Assembly (NCBI GenBank): GCA_035299365.1
Contig: DATGWS010000268.1
Span: forward strand, 1 to 53,392
Reading direction: 5' to 3'
DNA: 53,392 nucleotides
DNA from: Candidatus Didemnitutus sp.
Lineage (GTDB): Bacteria; Bacteroidota; Ignavibacteria; Kapaibacteriales; Kapaibacteriaceae
The position numbers and the translations under genes are program-made. Below are positions 36,432-46,187 of this stretch, in pieces. The notes under the pieces were generated by a model, which ran no database searches, was not told the DNA's origin, and saw nothing but the letters and a program-made list of their open reading frames with translations. Numbering within the stretch: the first letter of the stretch is position 1; each line of letters begins with the position of its first letter.

Positions 36432-38490
36432 CAGCGTAGACGATACAGGTTTCGCCTTCCCATTGTTGGCGAACGACTCGCCCGGATCCTTTGATCCGTA
36501 CATCGTAGCCGGCGGCATGGAGGACGGTAACTGCGCGTCTGAGGGGGAATCCGAATACATCGGGGTGCTGGTGAGCCCCTTGTTGTGCTTGGCCTTCAAC
36601 CTTTACGACTGAGCCGCGCTCGAGTCTGGAGCCGTTGGCGGGGGTTTGGCGCATGATAAGGCCATTGCCGGTGGGCATCTCTGCGCGAAGGCCGAGTCTG
36701 TGGAGGACGCTGTCTGCCGTTTGGAGAGCAAGGCCCCGCACGTCAGGAACGATAACAGTGTCTGCCTCGGCTGAGGCGGCAATCCGTTGTTGAGTAGCTG
36801 CGTCCAACTTCAGCATCGTCATGGTCTTCTGTACGATACGCCGAAAGATTGGTGCCGCTGTTGTTCCGCCATAGATGCTGGTTGTAGGTCTGTCCAACAT
36901 CACGATCATGGCCACGCGAGGTTTATCTGCCGGGTAATAGCCAACAAAGGAAGCGGTATAGTTCTTTCGGCCGTATTCGCCCTGCGTTAACTGTTGGGCT
37001 GTGCCTGTTTTTCCCGCGATTCGCACTCCGGTAATTCGTGCTTCTTGACCTGTGCCTCGTTCAACAACACCAACAAGCATTTCTGTGAGGATGCGAGCAG
37101 TCTCTGTGCTAACAACTCGACGTATCTGTTGCGGTGGTATCTCTGATGTGACCTTACCATCGCTGGCCAACAAGGCCTTTACAACGCGTGGCTGCATCAG
37201 CACACCTCCGTTGGCAATAGCCGCATATGCGTCAAGAACCTGGAGTGCCGTAGCACTTACCTCGTATCCGAAAGACATGTATTGTTTTGTTGATTGATCA
37301 AACTCATTCGGACGTTTGAGTCTGCCTCGCACCTCACCCGGAAGGTCTATGCCACTAGGAATGCCGAAGCCGAAGTCGCGCACGTATTTGTAGTAGACGC
37401 GGTCATCAAGCTTGCGCGACAACGTGGCGAAAACAACATTGGACGATTGCTCCATTGCACCGGCAAACGTTGTTTGACCCACGGGGTGGTCGTCCTTGAT
37501 CTGCACGCCCCCTGACATCATCAGAATTCCATTTCCTCCATCCACCTTGTCTGTTGGAGCAAGTTTCCGTTCCTCCAACAGGGCAGCAGCGGTTATGGCT
37601 TTCATCGTTGACCCGGGCTCGTATTGGTCTGTTACGGCACGAATACGAATGGCATCGTCATTAGCCTTATCCAATCTGTTGGGATCGAAACTTGGATACG
37701 AAGCCATTGCGAGGATCTCACCTGTTGATGGCTCGATGGCTATCACTGTTCCGGAGAGAGCGCCGCTTTCTCTAACACCACGTGCGAGTTCTTGCTCGGC
37801 AACACGTTGCATTTCGAGATCAATCGTGAGTTGTAGTCCCTGACCGTCTCGAGGTGCTTCGCGTTCGGGATCTACGCCCGGACGGAGTCTTCCCCTACCG
37901 TCGCGTTGCATAACAACAAAGCCGCTCTGTCCACGGAGAATGCCATCGTAATGGAGTTCAAGTCCCGTCAACCCATTGTTATCTACATCTGTTGTTCCTA
38001 TCACCTGCGCGGCTAGCGGTCCATGAGTGAAGGACCGTTTTGGTTCCTTAACCCGGATAAGCCCCCTATCACGGATCGTATCGAGAACAGGAAACATCAC
38101 AGTGTTCACACCGCGTGCAAGCCATACAAATCGAGCCTGTGTTGAGCGGAGGCGGTCCAGATAACTCTGTGCAGATTCACCGGCGGCAGCTGAAAGAAGC
38201 TGAGCACACATCTCCGGATGTTCTATCATGCTTGGGTCTGCAGCAAACGACGTGGTCTTCATCATCGTTGCCAGGTCTCGCATTTCGCGGTCGAGCAGTC
38301 TACCGCGCTCTGCACGCAACGGTACCCTGCTCTCGTATTGCTTCTTTGCAAGATCTCTATACCGAGCCCCTTCTACAACCTGCACCCAGAAGAGTCTTCC
38401 GAGAATGATCATGAAGGCTACAGAGAAGACCAACGTGAGCAGGCCCGACTTCCATCGAATGGGTTCGTATGGTTGGGACTGTTCGTTCAC
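36427..38490 (-). CDS. ftsI: Penicillin-binding protein / peptidoglycan D,D-transpeptidase FtsI with two C-terminal PASTA domains
   Basis: Motifs are GSTMK, SSN and KTGT. The two C-terminal repeats of about 60 aa (VPDVRGL...VKVEG and PDVFGFPLRRAV...) look like PASTA domains. The GTG start overlaps the ftsL stop. Confidence 0.85.
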   Translation of the reverse strand: MNEQSQPYEPIRWKSGLLTLVFSVAFMIILGRLFWVQVVEGARYRDLAKKQYESRVPLRAERGRLLDREMRDLATMMKTTSFAADPSMIEHPEMCAQLLSAAAGESAQSYLDRLRSTQARFVWLARGVNTVMFPVLDTIRDRGLIRVKEPKRSFTHGPLAAQVIGTTDVDNNGLTGLELHYDGILRGQSGFVVMQRDGRGRLRPGVDPEREAPRDGQGLQLTIDLEMQRVAEQELARGVRESGALSGTVIAIEPSTGEILAMASYPSFDPNRLDKANDDAIRIRAVTDQYEPGSTMKAITAAALLEERKLAPTDKVDGGNGILMMSGGVQIKDDHPVGQTTFAGAMEQSSNVVFATLSRKLDDRVYYKYVRDFGFGIPSGIDLPGEVRGRLKRPNEFDQSTKQYMSFGYEVSATALQVLDAYAAIANGGVLMQPRVVKALLASDGKVTSEIPPQQIRRVVSTETARILTEMLVGVVERGTGQEARITGVRIAGKTGTAQQLTQGEYGRKNYTASFVGYYPADKPRVAMIVMLDRPTTSIYGGTTAAPIFRRIVQKTMTMLKLDAATQQRIAASAEADTVIVPDVRGLALQTADSVLHRLGLRAEMPTGNGLIMRQTPANGSRLERGSVVKVEGQAQQGAHQHPDVFGFPLRRAVTVLHAAGYDVRIKGSGRVVRQQWEGETCIVYAE

Positions 38491-38849
38491 TTCTTCTCTG
38501 TGTCTTCCAACACTGTAGGCGCTTGAGGGGGCGGAATGAGTCCGAGTTTTTCTTGCGCGATACGGGTGATGCGCTCTGCTGACTGGAGTCGATACGACTC
38601 CGTTCGCAGACTCTCGTTTACCGTACGCAATGAGTCGATGCTTCGCTTGAGTGCATCCGTTTCAACAAGAAGTTTCTTCACTGCAATTACATTACTCACG
38701 TACAACACAGTGAAGATGGCACTTACGAAGACCAGCGCGAATATGCTCCAGCGGTTGAGGAGCCGACGCTGTTTTACAAGTGCCGTTGGCTCCTTGGTAG
38801 GCAATAGCTCATCGATCGGCGGTTCGGGTATGATCCCCCGTGCTGCCAT
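38487..38849 (-). CDS. ftsL: FtsL-like cell-division protein
   Basis: 120 aa with a single TM helix followed by a coiled coil. Its position immediately upstream of ftsI fits the call. Confidence 0.6.
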   Translation of the reverse strand: MAARGIIPEPPIDELLPTKEPTALVKQRRLLNRWSIFALVFVSAIFTVLYVSNVIAVKKLLVETDALKRSIDSLRTVNESLRTESYRLQSAERITRIAQEKLGLIPPPQAPTVLEDTEKK

Positions 38850-40951
38850 CAGCGAACCTCTGCTCCTGCACCTATGCCGGCATCCGATGGAGTGACCAGA
38901 GTGAGCTTACCTTCTGCATTGGATGCAGCCAGAACCATGCCCTGCGATTCCATACCCATAAGTTTGGCTGGCTTGAGATTGGCAACAACAACAATGGTCT
39001 TGCCAATAAGATCTTCGGGCGCGTAGTGTTTTGCTATTCCGGCAAGGATCTGCCTGCGTTCAGTGCCGATGTCTACCTGGAGCTTGAGCAGCTTCTCTGA
39101 CTTTGCAACTCGCTCTGCTTCTATGATCACTGCGGTGCGCAACTTTACCTTTGAGAAGTCATCGATGGCGATGCGGTCATCCGACTCTTCTACCACGCTT
39201 GGCGTGACGGGTCCGCTCGGAGTGACGGAGCCAACAAGTTTTTCGATTTCGCGTTCAACCACGTCGTTCTCCACCTTCGTGAACAGGATAGTAGGCTCGG
39301 CAAGGGGCGAACCTGCCGTTAACTGAAACTCGTGGGAGTGCGACCATAGATCTACGCCAATCTGGCCCTGTTTTGGTGCGCCTACATTCTCCGGAAGACC
39401 CAACATGGACTGCATGGTTGCTGATGCAACCGGGCAGAAGGGGGCAAAGGCCATGGATAGTGTTCGAATAGCCTGGAGACAGACATTCATCGTTGAGGCG
39501 CAATCAGCGGGATCACTCTTTATGGTCTTCCACGGAGCTTTGTCATTGAAGTACTTGTTGGCAGCACGTGCAATGTTCATTGCCTCCGTTGCAGCATCGC
39601 GGAAGCGATACGCATCAAGGTTTAGTCCTACAGCGTTGTGTCCATCACGTAGGGCCGCAAGCAATACTGTTTCATGTTCACCGTGCTCAAACCCGCTAGC
39701 AAGATCGGGAACAGTGCCATTGAAGTTCTTTTGCACGAACTGCATCACACGGTTGACGTAGTTGCCAAGGATTGCAGCCAACTCGTTATTCGTGCGTGCC
39801 TGATAGTCTCTCCACGTAAAGTCACTGTCCTTTGTCTCGGGCATGTTCATTGTGAGCACATATCGCACGATGTCTTTATGCTGCGCGTCGGGAAATGCAG
39901 CGAGATACTGCATCACATCAATGGCCCAGCTTCTACTTTTTGAGAACTTCTTGCCTTCGAGATTCAGAAATTCATTGGCCGGCACGTTCTCCGGAAGTAT
40001 GTAGCCTTCTTCGCTTCTTGTGTTGAGGAGAATCGGAAAGATGATGGTGTGGAAGACGATGTTGTCCTTACCAAGGAAGGCTGTGTATTCCGTTTCTGCA
40101 TCACACCACCATCTGCGCCAATCATCCGGTTTTCCTTCGTTGATGGCCCATTGTTTTGTGATGGAGATATAGCCGAGGACGGCTTCGAACCATACGTAGA
40201 GAACCTTCCACTCTGCACCGTTCACCGGTACAGGTATTCCCCAGGTCATGTCTCGTGTTGCAGAACGTTCTGCCAGACCCTGTTTGAGCCACGATCTGCT
40301 TTGCTGAAGAACATTGTCCTTCCATTGTCCGGCATGTGATTCGATGTACTGCTCACACCACCGCTGGAATTCATTGAGCTTGAAGTACCAGTGTTTTGTC
40401 TTTCGAACAACCGGTGTCTTACCGCTTACAAGAGAACGTGGACTCTTCAGATCCAGCTGATCGTAGTAGGCACCACAGTTGTCGCATTGGTCTCCACGCG
40501 CCTTATCGTATCCGCAGTTTGGGCAGATACCTTCCACATATCGATCAGGCAGGAAGATCTTTGATTCATCATCGTAGAATTGGTCGTCCTCGCGTTCAAC
40601 AAGAAGCCCCTTCTCCTTCCATACAATAAAGAACTCTTGGGCTGTTGCTGCATGGATCGGGTTGGACGTGCGATCATAGAGATCGAAGTTGATATCAAGA
40701 CCCATCAATGCACGTGCATTTGCCTCGTGATATCGATCAATCACTTCCTTAGGTGAGATCCCCTCTTTTTCGGCAGCGATAGTAATTGCAACGCCGTGCT
40801 CGTCCGAGCCGCATATGGAGAGCGTGTCTCTCCCACGAAGTCTGCAATAGCGTGCATAGATATCCGCCGGAAGTGTTGAACCCACAACGTTTCCGAGGTG
40901 GGTCACTCCGCTTGCATACGGAAGTGCCGAGGTTATGAGGTATCGTTTCAC
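38849..40951 (-). CDS. metG: Methionine--tRNA ligase with C-terminal tRNA-binding (Trbp111/EMAP-like) domain
   Basis: It has a HIGH-type motif (PYASGVTHLGN), KFSKS, a CPNC...CDNC zinc knuckle and a C-terminal OB domain (VANLKPAKLMGMESQGMVLAA). Confidence 0.92.
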   Translation of the reverse strand: MKRYLITSALPYASGVTHLGNVVGSTLPADIYARYCRLRGRDTLSICGSDEHGVAITIAAEKEGISPKEVIDRYHEANARALMGLDINFDLYDRTSNPIHAATAQEFFIVWKEKGLLVEREDDQFYDDESKIFLPDRYVEGICPNCGYDKARGDQCDNCGAYYDQLDLKSPRSLVSGKTPVVRKTKHWYFKLNEFQRWCEQYIESHAGQWKDNVLQQSRSWLKQGLAERSATRDMTWGIPVPVNGAEWKVLYVWFEAVLGYISITKQWAINEGKPDDWRRWWCDAETEYTAFLGKDNIVFHTIIFPILLNTRSEEGYILPENVPANEFLNLEGKKFSKSRSWAIDVMQYLAAFPDAQHKDIVRYVLTMNMPETKDSDFTWRDYQARTNNELAAILGNYVNRVMQFVQKNFNGTVPDLASGFEHGEHETVLLAALRDGHNAVGLNLDAYRFRDAATEAMNIARAANKYFNDKAPWKTIKSDPADCASTMNVCLQAIRTLSMAFAPFCPVASATMQSMLGLPENVGAPKQGQIGVDLWSHSHEFQLTAGSPLAEPTILFTKVENDVVEREIEKLVGSVTPSGPVTPSVVEESDDRIAIDDFSKVKLRTAVIIEAERVAKSEKLLKLQVDIGTERRQILAGIAKHYAPEDLIGKTIVVVANLKPAKLMGMESQGMVLAASNAEGKLTLVTPSDAGIGAGAEVR

Positions 40952-40982
40952 TGGTTCAGGTCAATTGTTCAATGTGGTGATG

Positions 40983-41534
40983 TTATTCGTACATCACAAT
41001 GTCGGTAGCAATTCTTGTTGCTGTTGCTTCATCGGCCAGTTTCCGAATAAGTGCAAGACAGAACTCAAAGGCAGTTCCGGCACCTCTGCTCGTAACAATG
41101 TTTCCATCGATTGCCACACGCTCAAGAGTATAGGTGTAGGGGGCTAGCACATCCGCAATGGACGGATGGGATGTTACCACAGCCCCTTGATGAAGTAGTC
41201 CAAACTCATGCAACACCATTGGTGCAGCACAAATGGCACCAATAAGACCCTTCTTTGCCATGTGACGAAGAAGGATCTGCTCCAAGGCATGATTGTTCAG
41301 AAAATTACCAACACCTTGACTGCCGCCAGGGATGATGATCGCATCATAACGCTCATCCTCTGTGATGTCCTCGATGATAATGTCCGGCACCATTCGTACG
41401 CCACGCGAGCACACAACAACATTTCCGTCTCCTGCAATGGTCACCTCCATCGATGCACGCCGTAACATGTCGATGATGATCACTGCCTCCATCTCTTCCG
41501 TGCCGTTGGCTATCGGAACTAAGATCTTCTTCAT
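40983..41534 (-). CDS. DJ-1/PfpI family protein
   Basis: It has the nucleophile elbow IGAICAAP and the length typical of DJ-1/YajL. Confidence 0.8.
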   Translation of the reverse strand: MKKILVPIANGTEEMEAVIIIDMLRRASMEVTIAGDGNVVVCSRGVRMVPDIIIEDITEDERYDAIIIPGGSQGVGNFLNNHALEQILLRHMAKKGLIGAICAAPMVLHEFGLLHQGAVVTSHPSIADVLAPYTYTLERVAIDGNIVTSRGAGTAFEFCLALIRKLADEATATRIATDIVMYE

Positions 41535-41536
41535 GG

Positions 41537-42013
41537 TCAGTCGTTATCCTCTGCAGCCGCTGGAGCTGCTACATTGGACGTCATATCCGGACGCCGGATC
41601 TTGCCCCCTTCATGTCCTGTGAGACCGATCTGAATAAAGGCCCCGATGGCCACAAGAACAAAGAGTATGGAGAGTGTGCTGGCTATACTCTTGCCCTTCC
41701 ACTGTGTGAACAATGCCGCTGCACCTACCGCGGCTGCAACCAACATAATCCACAGAGAGAGCTCTGCCATTTCTTCGTGAGACTCAATCACTGTCTCGCT
41801 AATGCCGGCAATGTTCTCAATACGCTCTTCTGCACCTTCCCCACTGAGATAGGTAGGGATTACTGCTAGGGCCATCACGATGTAGACAGCAAGGCCGGAC
41901 ATCCGAACGGTGTTGTTCTTGATAACAACGCCGATGATCACCACAAGCAATGCAGCCAAAGCGCCGAGGATCGGCACGTGGTTTAAAAACAGGTGGATCT
42001 GTAGCTCATTCAT
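41537..42013 (-). CDS. Hypothetical 4-TM membrane protein
   Basis: Four hydrophobic helices. It is tightly packed between guaA and the DJ-1 gene. Confidence 0.55.
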   Translation of the reverse strand: MNELQIHLFLNHVPILGALAALLVVIIGVVIKNNTVRMSGLAVYIVMALAVIPTYLSGEGAEERIENIAGISETVIESHEEMAELSLWIMLVAAAVGAAALFTQWKGKSIASTLSILFVLVAIGAFIQIGLTGHEGGKIRRPDMTSNVAAPAAAEDND

Positions 42014-42016
42014 GAC

Positions 42017-43558
42017 TTACTCCCATTCGATAGTGGCAGGGGGCTTCGACGAGATGTCGTAAACCACTCGATTGATACCTCGAACTTCATTGATGATGCG
42101 ATTGCTCATCCGTGCAAGCACATCGTAGGGCATGTGATACCAGTCAGCTGTCATACCATCGGTACTTGTTACAGCTCGTAGTCCACATACGTGCTCATAC
42201 GTGCGCTCGTCTCCCATCACACCAACGGTGCGAACGGGCAGCAACACGGCAAAGGCCTGCCAGATCTCGTTGTAGAGTCCGGCATTACGAATCTCCTCTA
42301 GGTAGATCTCGTCGGCTTCGCGGAGAATGTTGAGCTTCTCCAGAGTGATTGCTCCGGGAATACGGATGGCCAATCCAGGTCCCGGGAAGGGATGGCGCTC
42401 AACGAACCAATCCGGGATCCCCAGTTCTCTTCCCACAGCACGTACCTCATCCTTGAAGAGCTCTCGGAATGGCTCGATGAGTTTGAGGTTCATCTTTTCC
42501 GGGAGTCCACCAACATTGTGGTGCGTCTTGATGGTCTGACTCGGCCCCTTGGTGCTTACAGATTCAATCACATCCGGATAAAGGGTTCCTTGAGCAAGGA
42601 ACTTTGCATCGGCGAATTTCTTGGCTTCTACATCGAAGAGATCGATGAATGCACCACCAATGATTTTCCGTTTTCGTTCTGGATCTTCAACATCATGCAG
42701 ACGAGATAGGAACATCTCCGTTCCATCAACGAGGTCAACTGTCATCGAAAAGTGCTGCTTGAACATCTCTATGATATTCTCACTTTCACCCTTTCGCATC
42801 AGACCACTGTCTATGTGAATACAGTGAACCTTGTCACCGATGGCTTTGTGCAGGAGAACTGCGGCAACAGTTGAATCAACACCACCGCTCAACGCGCAGA
42901 TCACACCACCGTCTCCAACCTTGGAGCGGATCTCTGCAACAGCAGCATCGATGAATGATGTAGCATTCCATGTTGTTGCACAGCCACAGATCTGCGTTAC
43001 AAAGTTCCGGAGGATGCTTTTTCCTTCCGTGCTGTGATGCACTTCGGGATGGAATTGGACGCCCCAGATCTTCCGCTGTACGTCTCGAATAGCACAGATG
43101 CCGGCGTTCTCTGTGTGAGCGATCCGCTCAAAACCTGGTGGGATCTCGGTTATGTGGTCACCATGACTCATCCACACTTGTGTTGTGGAATTGAGTCCCG
43201 TAAAGAGGTCGCCCTTGTCATCAACTTCCAACATAGCTCGGCCGAACTCACGTCGTGCAGCCTTATCTACTACTCCACCGAGTTGATGTGCGATCAACTG
43301 CAGACCGTAACAGATACCAAGTACCGGAACACCCATGGCAAAGACATCAAAGTCTGGGATTGGCGCACCATCTGCATATACACTGGAAGGTCCACCTGAT
43401 AAGATGATTCCTCGTGGTGATAGATCAGAAAGGTCTTGACGGGAGATGGAGTATGGATGGATCTCTGCATAGACGCCAACTTCGCGCACCTTACGTGCTA
43501 TAAGCTGTGTGTACTGCGATCCGAAGTCGAGAATGATGATCCGTTCTGCATGTGTCAT
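42017..43558 (-). CDS. guaA: GMP synthase (glutamine-hydrolysing)
   Basis: It has the GATase motif GICYG, the PP-loop SGGVDS and the C-terminal PPATIEWE. Confidence 0.95.
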   Translation of the reverse strand: MTHAERIIILDFGSQYTQLIARKVREVGVYAEIHPYSISRQDLSDLSPRGIILSGGPSSVYADGAPIPDFDVFAMGVPVLGICYGLQLIAHQLGGVVDKAARREFGRAMLEVDDKGDLFTGLNSTTQVWMSHGDHITEIPPGFERIAHTENAGICAIRDVQRKIWGVQFHPEVHHSTEGKSILRNFVTQICGCATTWNATSFIDAAVAEIRSKVGDGGVICALSGGVDSTVAAVLLHKAIGDKVHCIHIDSGLMRKGESENIIEMFKQHFSMTVDLVDGTEMFLSRLHDVEDPERKRKIIGGAFIDLFDVEAKKFADAKFLAQGTLYPDVIESVSTKGPSQTIKTHHNVGGLPEKMNLKLIEPFRELFKDEVRAVGRELGIPDWFVERHPFPGPGLAIRIPGAITLEKLNILREADEIYLEEIRNAGLYNEIWQAFAVLLPVRTVGVMGDERTYEHVCGLRAVTSTDGMTADWYHMPYDVLARMSNRIINEVRGINRVVYDISSKPPATIEWE

Positions 43559-43601
43559 AATGCAAAGTTACCACCTTCGCACTCTGCTTGCAGTATCTCG
43601 T

Positions 43602-44855
43602 CTACTCCTCCACGTAGTCAAGTTCCTTACCATATGTTTCTTTGAGGAACACAAGTCCGATAAAGGCAATGAGCATTGTTACACTGCCCACAATAACGGC
43701 ACTGGAAACAAGGGGCTGACCGGCAAACAACACGGCGTCTCCCTTGCGCAGGGCAGCAAAGACCAGCAAGGCCGGAATCAGGCCGCCACGGACCACATTG
43801 GGAATGGTGGTGGCAACGGTCGCACGCAGATTGGTGCCAAATTGTTCAGCCGCCGTGGTTACGAATACCGCCCAATACCCAACCGTGAAGCCCAATACTC
43901 CGGTTTGCAGATAGGTAAGCGTTGCAGATTTGGCAGGCGTGAAGAGGTACCACGCAACAGCGGCCGAGGTGAAGACAAGGAAGAGGAGTATTGTTCGGCG
44001 TCTGCTCTTGAGGAACTGACTGATGAGTCCACTTACAAGGTCGCCCGCCGCCAGCCCAACGTAGGCCCACATCACTGCCTGTCCGGCTAAGATCTCTGTG
44101 GAGCCCCCTCCCTCCTTTGTGAATTCCGGGGCAAAGGTCACAAGAATGCCTATCACGTACCAGATGGGAACGCCGATGGCTACACTTGAGAGATATGTTC
44201 CGATGCGTTTCCGGGTGAAGATCATGAAGACATTTCCGCGGGAAACGGGTGCGTCTTCGATCTTGTTGAACATGCCAGACTCTCTAACCCGTACGCGCAT
44301 CACAAGCAAGCACAGACCCATCACACCACCGATGATAAAGGCTACCCGCCAATCCGAGAGCTGGTGCACTACGTAGGCTCCTACAGCGCCAAGAATACCC
44401 ATGGAGGCAACGATGGTGGTTCCATAGCCGCGGGAGTGTTTCGGCATCACCTCGCTAACAAGGGTGATGGCTACTCCGAGTTCTCCTGCTAGACCTATCC
44501 CCGACAAAAAACGAAACATCGCATACATTGGCACACTGGAAACAAAGGCGTTTGCAATGTTCATTACGGAATACATGAGGATGCTGGCGAGCAGTACGGA
44601 AAGCCTGCCTCGCTTGTCGGCCAAGGCCCCAAAGATCAGACCACCCAGGAGCATGCCCACCATCTGTGCATTGAGAATGATCTCGCTGGCGTCCTGCATC
44701 TGCGTAGGTAATACGCCAATGGCCCGAAGAGATTCGGGACGTACAATGGAGAAGAGGATCAGGTCGTAGATATCTACGAAATACCCAAGGCCACAGACGA
44801 GTACTGTTAGCCAGATACGCGATGATGTTTCAGAATCCTGTGAACGAAGGACCAT
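43602..44855 (-). CDS. MFS transporter
   Basis: 12-TM pattern with an MFS loop motif GALADKRGR between TM2 and TM3. Confidence 0.8.
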   Translation of the reverse strand: MVLRSQDSETSSRIWLTVLVCGLGYFVDIYDLILFSIVRPESLRAIGVLPTQMQDASEIILNAQMVGMLLGGLIFGALADKRGRLSVLLASILMYSVMNIANAFVSSVPMYAMFRFLSGIGLAGELGVAITLVSEVMPKHSRGYGTTIVASMGILGAVGAYVVHQLSDWRVAFIIGGVMGLCLLVMRVRVRESGMFNKIEDAPVSRGNVFMIFTRKRIGTYLSSVAIGVPIWYVIGILVTFAPEFTKEGGGSTEILAGQAVMWAYVGLAAGDLVSGLISQFLKSRRRTILLFLVFTSAAVAWYLFTPAKSATLTYLQTGVLGFTVGYWAVFVTTAAEQFGTNLRATVATTIPNVVRGGLIPALLVFAALRKGDAVLFAGQPLVSSAVIVGSVTMLIAFIGLVFLKETYGKELDYVEE

Positions 44856-44873
44856 AGGTGACGGTTGTGATGA

Positions 44874-45284
44874 TCAGAGAGAATCGGGACCAAAGGCATG
44901 AGGAAGCAGATCGGACAGATCGTACCACACGTCGTTTCTCTGGAGTGTGGTGCAAAGGATGGATAGAGAGCCGGAACACTCGCTCAGGACCTGTCTGCAT
45001 GCTCCGCAGGGGGCTGTGGGGGCCTCCGTATCGGTAACAACCACACAGAGGATCAGATCTCGACGTCCGGCTACCGTTGCAGCCGCCACGGCGGCTCGTT
45101 CCGCACAATTCGTAAGTCCATAGCTTGCATTTTCTACATTGCAGCCAACATGGATACCGCCATCGACATCAACAACTGCTGAGCCAACGCGGAATGCAGA
45201 GTACGGAGCATAAGCTTGCTCTCTGGCGTTCTGCGCCGCGGTAACGGCGGCTTCCACAAGTTGCGGATCTATCTCCCTCTTCAT
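44874..45284 (-). CDS. cdd: Cytidine deaminase (small homotetrameric type)
   Basis: It has the zinc motifs CAERAAV and PCGACRQ and is 136 aa long. Confidence 0.85.
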   Translation of the reverse strand: MKREIDPQLVEAAVTAAQNAREQAYAPYSAFRVGSAVVDVDGGIHVGCNVENASYGLTNCAERAAVAAATVAGRRDLILCVVVTDTEAPTAPCGACRQVLSECSGSLSILCTTLQRNDVWYDLSDLLPHAFGPDSL

Positions 45285-45299
45285 TTTGCCAATCTACGT

Positions 45300-46187
45300 A
45301 TGGATCATGCACGTTCGCTTCTGCGTTGGTATAGGAAAAACGGGAGAACGTTTCCATGGCGTTCTGGAAAGCTAGACCCATATGTGGTACTCGTATCCGA
45401 GATAATGCTGCAGCAAACGCAAACGTCGCGCGTTTCGGAAGCACTTCCGCGGTTTCTCCGGCACTTCCCAACGGTGTTTGATCTGGCCCGTGCAGGCAAT
45501 GGAGAGATTATCCGACAATGGCAGGGAATGGGCTATAACTCGCGCGCTCTCCGGCTTCGAGATGCAGCTAAAACAATCGTCCTGGAATATGATGGGGTAA
45601 TCCCGTCCTCCCCTGAGACCTTGATAGAACTTCCGGGCATTGGCCCATACACATCTGCTGCCGTGGCGTGTTTTGCATTCAACGCACGCGTAGTGGTGCT
45701 CGATGTAAACGTCAGGCGGGTTTACTCGCGTCTGGTAAAACGTCAGAAGTATACAACGGACGTGGAGCCAGACGATGTGCTGACACGCTTTGCCGAGTCC
45801 GCAATACCCCAACGCTACGCTGCGCAGTGGCATCATGCTGTAATGGACCTTGGAGCAACGATCTGCACTGCACGCGCTCCGCGATGCACAGTGTGTCCAC
45901 TTGGAGGACTGTGTCCATCCAACAACGCCCTCCACTCGGTTTCGCGTACGCGCAAAAAGGAACCTGAGTTTCGTGGAGAACCACAGAGAATCTGGCGCGG
46001 ACGATTCGTTGAGGTTTTACGAGGGCAGAAGAGTCACGCGCATCTACGTCCTGCCCAACTCTTTGCACAAGCAGCACAAAGCCCGTTATCAGCGCACGAA
46101 GAGGAATGGTTCACGGCCGTCTTGAACAGACTTGAAGCAGATGGATTGATCGTCCGGACGCGGTGGGGGGTGCGCCTTGCCGATTAG
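45300..46187 (+). CDS. mutY: HhH-GPD adenine DNA glycosylase (MutY-like) with Fe-S cluster, short C-terminus
   Basis: WYRKNGRTFPWR is followed by the HhH motif LPGIGPYTSAAV and the cluster CTARAPRCTVCPLGGLC. The start was set at the ATG 45300 (MDHARSLL). Confidence 0.75.
   Translation: MDHARSLLRWYRKNGRTFPWRSGKLDPYVVLVSEIMLQQTQTSRVSEALPRFLRHFPTVFDLARAGNGEIIRQWQGMGYNSRALRLRDAAKTIVLEYDGVIPSSPETLIELPGIGPYTSAAVACFAFNARVVVLDVNVRRVYSRLVKRQKYTTDVEPDDVLTRFAESAIPQRYAAQWHHAVMDLGATICTARAPRCTVCPLGGLCPSNNALHSVSRTRKKEPEFRGEPQRIWRGRFVEVLRGQKSHAHLRPAQLFAQAAQSPLSAHEEEWFTAVLNRLEADGLIVRTRWGVRLAD

Noticed and set aside
45372-46077. Minus-strand ORFs (187 aa and 121 aa) antisense to mutY
   Set aside because: The plus-strand frame carries clear HhH and Fe-S motifs, and the antisense frames have none.
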